From positions 7,736 to 71,735 of the forward strand of contig DAPM01000011.1 of NCBI GenBank assembly GCA_002502135.1: a stretch of DNA of 64,000 nt. The letters run 5' to 3'. A program made the position numbers and the translations under genes. The notes under the pieces were generated by a model that worked only from the letters and a program-made list of their open reading frames with translations, made no database searches and had not been told where the DNA came from. The stretch comes from an archaeon UBA543. Lineage in GTDB: Archaea; Undinarchaeota; Undinarchaeia; Undinarchaeales; UBA543. Within the stretch, counting starts at the first letter, position 1, and each line of letters opens with the position of its first letter. Below are positions 57,442 through 64,000 of this stretch, piece by piece.

Positions 57442-57969
57442 TTAACCCCCTACAAAATTAATAAACAATCCAGGCCAGTTGTGCAGAACAAAGTAGAACA
57501 TCATCATAAAGAACGTACCCATTATCAAGTACTTAATGAAATTCTCATGGTATGTGAAGAATCGGAAACCTTCTCGTATAAGTTCTGCAAACAATAGGAT
57601 TATGATAACTGGTATGAAATAATTCTGCAAAGTCAGCAAACTTGCGAAAATCGCAACAAATAGCATATGCAGTGTGTCCATTAGTGTCAGTATTGGATTG
57701 TAAATTCCAATCCACCCACTCACTGTATTTGTTATGCTTGTGCTCAGAATCGCTATGTACGCACACACCCAGAACCCGTAAGTTATTGCAACAAACACCA
57801 TCAGTATGCTGTGCACTTCCAAATTCATTGAGTGATAAATCAAATTCGACCTACTCAGAACACATATCAATATCAGCCAGAGAAGAAGTGTTGTTTTTCC
57901 AGGAAGAACAAAGCGCGAGAGGCCGAGAATTAGCACTATGGATAGTATGTCCAATGCATGTCCTTTCAT
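57442..57969 (-). CDS. polytopic membrane protein, family member 4
   Basis: I prefer the ATG at 57969 (MKGHALDIL). The track start at 58053 overlaps tRNA-Arg(CCT). Family motifs are SRSNLIYHSMNLEVHS and GIYNPI. Confidence 0.5.
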   Translation of the reverse strand: MKGHALDILSIVLILGLSRFVLPGKTTLLLWLILICVLSRSNLIYHSMNLEVHSILMVFVAITYGFWVCAYIAILSTSITNTVSGWIGIYNPILTLMDTLHMLFVAIFASLLTLQNYFIPVIIILLFAELIREGFRFFTYHENFIKYLIMGTFFMMMFYFVLHNWPGLFINFVGG

Positions 57970-58047
57970 TACCACAGTTACCCTCTCCTTATCCCAATAT
58001 TTTAGTAACCAAACTTTATTAAGTTTTGTATAGTGGAAAATAAAAAG

Positions 58048-58122
58048 CACCACCGGAGAGATTTGAACTCTCGACCTTTTCCTTAGGAGGGAAACGCCTT
58101 ATCCAAACTAGGCTACGGTGGT
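58048..58122 (-). tRNA. tRNA-Arg (anticodon CCT), CCA not encoded
   Basis: Minus strand reads ACCACCG TA GCCT AGTTTGGATA AGGC G TTTCC CTCCTAA GGAAA AGGTC GAGAG TTCAAAT CTCTC CGGTGGT G. Confidence 0.8.
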
Positions 58123-58134
58123 AATTTTTGAAAT

Positions 58135-59874
58135 CTACATCCTGTTCGGTTCTTCAATTCCAAGAAGATACAAGCATTTTTGTAGGGTTTTATATGTTGC
58201 GATTACCAGTGCCAGGCGGGCATTTCTCAATTCCGGTGTTTCAGCTTCAATAACTGGATTAGTTGTATAGAAAGCGCTGAATTTATCAGCCAAAGCATAA
58301 GTGTAATTTGCAACTATGTGAGGTTGGTATGTTTCTGCAGATTCTCGAATCACCATTGGAAGTTTGCTAATCTGCTTTATCAATCTCTGTGAATCTTTGT
58401 TATTCAATAGTTTGAAATCAACATTAGCAGAAGATTTCTTTCCAGCTTTCTCAATAATTCTCTTTGCTCTTACAGTTGCATATTGGATATACGGTCCAGT
58501 GTCTCCTTCAAATTCAAGAGCAGTATCCCAGTCAAAGAAAATTGTCTTGTTGTTCCCAACATTCAGCATACTATATTTCATTGCAGCAATTGTGATTTTC
58601 ATTGCCAATTCTTTTTGCACCTTTGGTACAATTTCTGGATTTCTGTCATGAACTTCACTCATAGCTTTCTTCATCATCTCATCTCTTAAATCTGCATACA
58701 GAATTGCAGTTCCTTCTCTGGAACTCATCTTTCCTTCCTTCAAAGTAACTAATGAATACGCTAGGTGGTGACACTTTTTCGCTTTCTTGAATCCCATTAG
58801 TTCAAGTGTCTTGAATAATTGTTGGAAGTGGAGCCGCTGTTCTGAACCAACAACATAAACTGATTTATCAATCTTGAATTTCTTGAACTTCTCTTCAGCA
58901 AGTGCCAAATCTTGTGTTGAGTAAAGTGCTGTTCCATCGCTTTTCAATAAAAGCCACACTGGCAATCCCTCTTTTTTCAAATCAATAATTGTAGCGCCTT
59001 TGCTTCTTTTTGCAAGTTTCTTCTTTCTTAATTCTTCAATAATTTCCTTGCCTCTTGGTTTCAAATCGCTCTCATAAAAGTCCTCATCAAAATGAGCATC
59101 AAGCTCCTTGTAAATTTCCTTAAATTCATCCACACTCCAGGTTCTAAACTGTTTCCACAACTTAGTTATTTCTTCTTCATCCTGTGCTTCCAAATGCTTG
59201 AGGATCTCACTTACTTCTTCTTTTTTATCTGGGTCCTCTTCTAGTCTTCGACATGCATCAACGTAAATCTTGTTAATCCATTTTGAAACATTTGTATGGG
59301 CTTTCTCACCCTCGTGGAAGTTCTTGTAGCACCACAATGTTTTAGCAACATGCATCCCAATATCATTGAAAAGATTTGCCTGAATCACATCATGTCCTGC
59401 CTCTTTCATTATTCTTGACAGACTTTCTCCAAGAGTTGTGTTTCTAACATGTCCAATATGGAAAGCTTTCAGCGGGTTAGGCTGGCTGTACTCAATCATT
59501 ACTTTGTCCTTCTGTTTCTCGCCTTTTCCAAAAGAGTCTTTCTGAGCTTCAGTAACAACTGCTTTAGCAAATTCTCCGAATTTTAGGAAAAAATTAACAT
59601 ATGCGCCTGCTAGTTTTATCAAATAAACACTGCGCGGTCTTCTGACTTTGTCAATAATATCTTCAGCAATTTTTCTTGGGCTGACTTTCTTTATTTTCCC
59701 AATTGGGAATGAAATACTACAGGCCAAGTCGCCCATTTTGTAGCTTGGTGGCTCTTCAATATGATTTGCAAGTTTCAGTTTTTTCAAATGAGTTTTCGGA
59801 ATTGCTAGTCTAGGCATTACTTCTGCTACTGCTTTTGTAACATCTTCTCTTGCTTTTTGCCAAGGATCTTTCAT
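58135..59874 (-). CDS. argS: arginyl-tRNA synthetase
   Basis: 579 aa with an N-terminal Arg-tRNA-binding domain, HIGH-type HIGHVRN, an MSSR-type (KMSKS-like) motif and a C-terminal DALR-like domain. Confidence 0.9.
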   Translation of the reverse strand: MKDPWQKAREDVTKAVAEVMPRLAIPKTHLKKLKLANHIEEPPSYKMGDLACSISFPIGKIKKVSPRKIAEDIIDKVRRPRSVYLIKLAGAYVNFFLKFGEFAKAVVTEAQKDSFGKGEKQKDKVMIEYSQPNPLKAFHIGHVRNTTLGESLSRIMKEAGHDVIQANLFNDIGMHVAKTLWCYKNFHEGEKAHTNVSKWINKIYVDACRRLEEDPDKKEEVSEILKHLEAQDEEEITKLWKQFRTWSVDEFKEIYKELDAHFDEDFYESDLKPRGKEIIEELRKKKLAKRSKGATIIDLKKEGLPVWLLLKSDGTALYSTQDLALAEEKFKKFKIDKSVYVVGSEQRLHFQQLFKTLELMGFKKAKKCHHLAYSLVTLKEGKMSSREGTAILYADLRDEMMKKAMSEVHDRNPEIVPKVQKELAMKITIAAMKYSMLNVGNNKTIFFDWDTALEFEGDTGPYIQYATVRAKRIIEKAGKKSSANVDFKLLNNKDSQRLIKQISKLPMVIRESAETYQPHIVANYTYALADKFSAFYTTNPVIEAETPELRNARLALVIATYKTLQKCLYLLGIEEPNRM

Positions 59875-59925
59875 GATATTTATCTATTATGTTGAGTTGT
59901 TTATATATTAAGGGATTGTGGAATG

Positions 59926-59950
59926 GTTTTCAAGTTTTCAGGTTTTCAAG
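59926..59950. promoter_or_regulatory. three tandem 8-nt repeats upstream of the argS TATA-like box
   Basis: Plus strand reads gttttcaa gttttcag gttttcaag, which is TTGAAAAC CTGAAAAC TTGAAAAC on the argS strand. A TATA-like tttatatatta lies at 59900-59910, about 30 nt before the ATG. Confidence 0.35.
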
Positions 59951-59997
59951 AAGACTCGATAACTCGAAAACCCGAGAACTTCACTAGTTTGGTTGAG

Positions 59998-60074
59998 TGG
60001 TGGGCTCACAGGGATTCGAACCCTGGTTCGGAGGTCCGAAGCCTCCAGTGATATCCAAGCTACACTATGAGCCC
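59998..60074 (-). tRNA. tRNA-Arg (anticodon TCG), CCA encoded
   Basis: Minus strand reads GGGCTCA TA GTGTAGCTTGGATATCAC T GGAGG CTTCGGA CCTCC GAACC AGGG TTCGAAT CCCT GTGAGCCC A CCA. Confidence 0.85.
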
Positions 60075-60080
60075 ATGCTA

Positions 60081-60190
60081 TGGTGGGCCCAAGGGGATTT
60101 GAACCCCCGATTTGCAGCTTAGAAGGCTTGCGGAAGGCGAAGAAAAAACTCGCGCCCCTTGCCGCCTTATCCAGACTAGGCTATAGGCCC
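60081..60190 (-). tRNA. tRNA-Arg (anticodon TCT) with 32-nt intron in the anticodon stem (non-canonical position), CCA encoded
   Basis: Exon 1 (60190-60160) reads GGGCCTA TA GCCT AGTCTGGATA AGGC G GCA. The intron (60159-60128) reads AGGGGCGCGAGTTTTTTCTTCGCCTTCCGCAA. Exon 2 (60127-60081) reads GC CTTCTAA GCTGC AAATC GGGGG TTCAAAT CCCCT TGGGCCC A CCA. Splicing restores the stem GCAGC/GCTGC. Confidence 0.75.
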
Positions 60191-60930
60191 ATTTTTGTAA
60201 TAACAAAAGGGCTTAACTCCCTTTTTAATATTTTGTATCGCTGTTTTATTGAAGTATTTGGGGGTACAAAGCCATATCTCTTCCATATTTTATACTTTGT
60301 TAAATATACTGGATTCTTAAAACCAATTAAGTCTATCCATTTTTCTACGCGTGCACATCCTTCAACGCAAATAGAATATGCCACAGTGTTATTTCCCCCA
60401 ACTCTTTTATGTAATCTTGTAAAATATTTTATTCCTAATTTGTCTAACATTTTGCACATATCTTCAACCAAAATTTTAGCAACACATTTAATCTGAATTC
60501 TTGGGTAGTTATGATATTTTCTTTTAAATTCAATATATTTCCCATATCTCTTATCAAAATTTAAACAACCATCACCATCAGCAAAACCTCGCAAAAACGA
60601 AGCTAAAACTTCAGTATCCTCACTTTCTCTTATCTGTTTTGGAACTCGCATAGTGTATGTTTTATTACCTGGTTTAAAACCAAGATTATTAAAAAAATCC
60701 CCTATCTTTCTATCACAAGTATAAAATCCATAGACACTATTGCTCGTTTTTTCATGAACTCTCAAGATTATTCCAAAGTTATTTAAAAATATTTTTGTTA
60801 AATGATTATCATAGTACTCTCTATCTTCTGTAATATTTCCCCAGATGCAGACATATGCTTTTTGAAGGCAACCATCTGCGCAAAAGATTCCACAGATTTC
60901 TGCTAATTCTGGAGATATTTCAGTTTTCAT
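60181..60930 (-). CDS. free-standing LAGLIDADG homing endonuclease (double-motif)
   Basis: 249 aa and very AT-rich. The two LAGLIDADG-type motifs are GIFCADGCL and LRGFADGDGCL. The last four codons (ATG GGC CTA TAG) are supplied by the first 10 nt of the tRNA-Arg(TCT) gene. Confidence 0.8.
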   Translation of the reverse strand: MKTEISPELAEICGIFCADGCLQKAYVCIWGNITEDREYYDNHLTKIFLNNFGIILRVHEKTSNSVYGFYTCDRKIGDFFNNLGFKPGNKTYTMRVPKQIRESEDTEVLASFLRGFADGDGCLNFDKRYGKYIEFKRKYHNYPRIQIKCVAKILVEDMCKMLDKLGIKYFTRLHKRVGGNNTVAYSICVEGCARVEKWIDLIGFKNPVYLTKYKIWKRYGFVPPNTSIKQRYKILKRELSPFVITKMGL

Positions 60931-60984
60931 AGGTTATCACTTCTATTCTATTGTTATAAATTTTTGTTAACTCACACAAGTTAA

Positions 60985-61488
60985 TCACTTGTATGCTTCC
61001 GGAGCTTTCTCATAATCCATGCTGAATCGTTTTCTAAATTCCTTGTTAATCCAAAACTGCACTACTGTAAGACCTAAGAATAACACCATCACATTCAGAA
61101 GCGATCTTGAGAATGGATGATAATAAAGCAGAAAACCCATAACTGCTATCGGTATTGCAGTAACCACAGTAATTGTCAGTTGCGCAAGCATTCTTGCTCT
61201 TGGATTTTTGCAGTTCCCTTTCTTGTAAATCTCTGCAGCTACAATTCCCCAAGCACTTGCATATCTCTTTCCAAAACACATCCCTTTCGAAGTCTTATGA
61301 AGCATTGTCAGAGACAAAACAAGCACAATTGCACATGAAATATAGAATATTGAAGCAACTGGAGCGCTATTATACCTTAACCCAAGCATTCCATAAGCTC
61401 CAACACCAAGGTAAATCAGAATGAAAATATTCTCTATATCAACCCATAAATCTGCAACATCCTTGTACCTTTCTGTAATCTTTTTCAT
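60985..61488 (-). CDS. membrane protein (about 4 TM helices), function unknown
   Basis: 167-aa hydrophobic ORF. Confidence 0.45.
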   Translation of the reverse strand: MKKITERYKDVADLWVDIENIFILIYLGVGAYGMLGLRYNSAPVASIFYISCAIVLVLSLTMLHKTSKGMCFGKRYASAWGIVAAEIYKKGNCKNPRARMLAQLTITVVTAIPIAVMGFLLYYHPFSRSLLNVMVLFLGLTVVQFWINKEFRKRFSMDYEKAPEAYK

Positions 61489-61566
61489 CCTTTCAGAACT
61501 AGTTGAGGGTTGTTTATAAAGACTATCCTAAACCACTTTAGAACTTTTTTTAGCAATCCTTCATAA

Positions 61567-61719
61567 CTCCGCTGATATTTGAATTGGTTAAATTTGTGAA
61601 TTTATCATTGACTGGCGCTCCGGAGTGTGGCGCGTACTGCATGAAGCCCTATTCGCTTCGCGAAAGGGCTTAAACAATTCAACTGAAATTGGTTCGATTT
61701 GTTGAGTTAACTGTTTTAA
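61567..61719 (+). mobile_element. ~154-bp repeated structured element, copy B
   Basis: The core 61608-61695 is 81/88 identical to 36801-36888. It is bracketed by a 25-nt direct repeat (61542-61566 and 61720-61744, 23/25 identical). Confidence 0.7.
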
Positions 61720-61730
61720 AACTTTTTTTA

Positions 61731-61744
61731 ACAATCCTTTATAA
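61731..61744 (+). promoter_or_regulatory. BRE/TATA-like promoter of the nucleotidyltransferase gene (leaderless spacing)
   Basis: acaatcc tttataa ends 24 nt before the ATG at 61769. It lies inside the right-hand direct repeat of element copy B. Confidence 0.4.
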
Positions 61745-61768
61745 GGCCAAACCCGAGTTTTCTTTACA

Positions 61769-63007
61769 ATGATTTCAAAAGCATTGATACTAGCAGCTGG
61801 CGACAACAAGAGAATGAAACCGCTCTCAGATTTGAGAAATAAGTCGCTCCTGCCAGTAGCTAACAAGGCCATAATTTCACGCAGTCTGGCTTCTCTAAAG
61901 CAGGCTGGAATAACTGAAGCAATCCTAATAGTCAATCCTAAAAATGAAGTTGAAAAACAGCTTGGAGCAGAGCACGAGGGAATTAAATTATCTTATACAG
62001 TTCAGCCAGAACCGCTAGGCACCGCACATGCAATCAGCATGGCAAAGGATCAGATTTCTGAAGATTTCTTAGTCCTAAACGGTGATGATTTCTGCAATTC
62101 TGAGCATCTGAAAAATCTATTATCTTCTCACAAAACCAAAGCAACTGTTTCTGTAATTAAAAAAACAGATCCTAAAGGTCTTGGAGTTGTTGAAGTTGAA
62201 AACAATCTTGTTAAAAGTCTGGTGGAAAAACCAGAATCAGCAGAAGGCGAGCATTTTGTCAATATTGGAATTTACGCATTCTCTCCTGAAATATTCGCAA
62301 CAATTGAAACCCTTGAAAAATCTGAGCGTGGTGAATATGAAATCACTGATGCAATAACAAAACTCATTCCTGACGGAGTTTCTGCAATCACAGCAGACTC
62401 TTGGCTTCCAATAAATTATCCTTGGGATCTTCTAATCGCTAACAAACAATTCATTGACGAAATTCCTGAAGATATCAAAACAGAATTTGATCATGGTGTT
62501 ACTGTAAAAGGAAAACTAGTAGCAGGAGCGGGTACTTTTATCAAAGCAGGAGTCTATATTGAAGGCCCTGTACTGATTGGCAAGAACTGTACAATCGGAC
62601 CAAATGCGTTCCTACGAGCTTACACCTGCATTGGCGACAACTGTAAAATCGGTCAGGGAGTTGAAGTCAAGAATTCGATAATCATGGATGGAACTTGCGT
62701 TCCTCATCTTTCTTATATTGGCGATTCTGTAATTGGTAGAAATGTTAACTTCGGAGCAGGGGCCATAATGACTAACCTGCGCCACGACGATCAGAATGTT
62801 CTTGTTTATGTTAAAGGCGTGCAAACTGATTCAGGCCTCAGAAAACTTGGAGCAATAGTTGGCGACACTGTCAAATTCGGTTCAAATGTTGTTGTAACTC
62901 CTGGAAAAAAGATCGGTTCTGGTTCAAGAATCTGGCCAGGCCTTGTGGTTTACAAGGATGTTGAAGAGAATTCTGAATATAAAGGTCAGGCCAGTGAAAT
63001 AAAGTAG
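61769..63007 (+). CDS. bifunctional sugar-1-phosphate nucleotidylyltransferase / left-handed beta-helix acetyltransferase (GlmU-like)
   Basis: 412 aa with N-terminus LILAAGDNKRMKP and GTAHA. The C-terminus has hexapeptide repeats (IG.N..IG.G..V). Confidence 0.82.
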   Translation: MISKALILAAGDNKRMKPLSDLRNKSLLPVANKAIISRSLASLKQAGITEAILIVNPKNEVEKQLGAEHEGIKLSYTVQPEPLGTAHAISMAKDQISEDFLVLNGDDFCNSEHLKNLLSSHKTKATVSVIKKTDPKGLGVVEVENNLVKSLVEKPESAEGEHFVNIGIYAFSPEIFATIETLEKSERGEYEITDAITKLIPDGVSAITADSWLPINYPWDLLIANKQFIDEIPEDIKTEFDHGVTVKGKLVAGAGTFIKAGVYIEGPVLIGKNCTIGPNAFLRAYTCIGDNCKIGQGVEVKNSIIMDGTCVPHLSYIGDSVIGRNVNFGAGAIMTNLRHDDQNVLVYVKGVQTDSGLRKLGAIVGDTVKFGSNVVVTPGKKIGSGSRIWPGLVVYKDVEENSEYKGQASEIK

Positions 63008-63651
63008 GTAATTGCTTTATACCCAATCAAAGTTGCTGCATAACTATTTAGCAGTATGTCAAGAGTGTGAATAACAAGTATTTTCACTATGTGGGAAGGG
63101 CAGAACATTTTTGAAAGCACACCATCAGTTAATTGCACAATAACAATGGACACGATAAATGCAATCATGAATTCCGATCCTGTGATTCCTGCACCGTAAA
63201 TAAAGTGGAACAATCTAGCAAGTCCTATCATTAAACTAAGGGTCACCATTTGTATCATCACTCCATTTCCTTCATCAGGTCTGACTTTCCAAACCAGAGC
63301 ATATGGAATAAGCACCATTGTAATTGCAAACAGCGGACCAAAAGCAAAAGCACTGTAGAATGTGAGTGCAAAATGCACTTCAATTCCCATTTTCCACGCA
63401 TCAGTTCTTCTTGTAAAGAAAATCACGCAAATAAACAAAACCCAGTAAAACCAGACTGTGAATTTTCCCCAAAGGAATGAGAATACAAAAGTCAGAACCA
63501 ACAGGGCAATTATAATTCCTGCAACAAATATCATTGTTTCACGCTGGAGCAGTATGTTCTTTCTGCCAGTTTTTGCCCGAGCTGGTTTGAATGTTGACGG
63601 GGGTTTCTCTTGCTGGTGATTCTCCTTTTTTTTGTTAGGCGCAGTTTCCAC
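62986..63651 (-). CDS. polytopic membrane protein, family member 5
   Basis: 221 aa with a basic N-terminus. Family motifs are TRRTDAWKMGIEVHF and WKVRPDE. The true start may be internal. Confidence 0.5.
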   Translation of the reverse strand: METAPNKKKENHQQEKPPSTFKPARAKTGRKNILLQRETMIFVAGIIIALLVLTFVFSFLWGKFTVWFYWVLFICVIFFTRRTDAWKMGIEVHFALTFYSAFAFGPLFAITMVLIPYALVWKVRPDEGNGVMIQMVTLSLMIGLARLFHFIYGAGITGSEFMIAFIVSIVIVQLTDGVLSKMFCPSHIVKILVIHTLDILLNSYAATLIGYKAITYFISLA

Positions 63652-63778
63652 TATTCTCTCCTAGTAAACCGGCTGTATAAATAGCCTTTTTTTATAATTC
63701 TTTTCAAGTTAAATACTTTTCTCAAACTTTCAGTCAATCCCCAAAGCTTATATTGGAGTTATCTCTACTTTGCTTAAG

Positions 63779-64000
63779 ATGGGGGAGAAAGGAAAATTTA
63801 TTGCACTTGAAGGTATAGATGGTTCTGGCAAGTCAGCGCATGCTGGCTTCATAACCGACTACCTGAGGAGACGCGGCTACACTGTATTCTATACTGAAGA
63901 GCCGTCAAGAGGCAGAATCGGAAGACTTCTTCGGGAATATCTAAAAGACGAGTCAACACTCTCTCTTGCAGATGCTTTCCTTTTTGCAGCTGACCGCGCA
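63779..64000 (+). CDS. tmk: thymidylate kinase (N-terminal part; continues past the right edge)
   Basis: My own translation reads MGEKGKFIALEGIDGSGKSAHAGF...EEPSRGRIGRLLREYL...AADRA, with a P-loop and DR motif. Confidence 0.85.
   Translation, partial: MGEKGKFIALEGIDGSGKSAHAGFITDYLRRRGYTVFYTEEPSRGRIGRLLREYLKDESTLSLADAFLFAADRA

Noticed and set aside
60080-60496. Plus-strand ORF 60080-60496
   Set aside because: It begins inside the tRNA-Arg(TCT) gene on the opposite strand and runs antisense to the LAGLIDADG ORF. It has no motifs.

Overview
Gene-dense, moderately AT-rich archaeal chromosome segment. The gene content suggests a small-genome, DPANN-like or euryarchaeal lineage: MC1 chromatin protein, archaeal DnaG, NAC, SecDF, DtdA, archaeal-type Tyr/Asp/Thr/Arg-tRNA synthetases, and a thiolase/HMGS/DUF35 trio with a class II-like HMG-CoA reductase. 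Most genes are housekeeping: mevalonate pathway, pyrBI, carAB, OTC-like plus carbamate kinase, SMC-ScpA, RNase HII, RecJ-like and NMNAT. I found six tRNA genes, and no rRNA or CRISPR. All protein calls rest on motif recognition by eye from the ORF track and on my own translations. No search tool was run. The parts that are not routine are mostly non-coding. (1) A ~154-bp element occurs twice, at 36761-36914 and 61567-61719, with a 29-nt solo end at 41515-41543. Each full copy is bracketed by a locus-specific direct repeat of ~25-26 nt. One repeat is a decayed duplicate of the tRNA-Gln 3' end and the other is a duplicated promoter. The substitutions between the two copies preserve hairpins, which points to a plus-strand structured RNA. 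(2) argS is flanked by four tRNA-Arg isoacceptors. One carries a 32-nt intron at a non-canonical site and is abutted by a free-standing LAGLIDADG endonuclease gene. Another is preceded by a duplicate of its own 5' end plus a ~95-nt GC-rich hairpin block. (3) Short GC-rich clusters of the GGGGCGCC type lie in a spacer and in frame inside the HMG-CoA reductase gene. Other GC-rich repeat or hairpin blocks lie upstream of thrS and at 46460-46638. Smaller observations: an MFS transporter split into two 6-TM genes, a five-member membrane-protein family, a short-armed SMC with an acidic tail, an OTC with altered substrate motifs, and AT-rich orphan genes.
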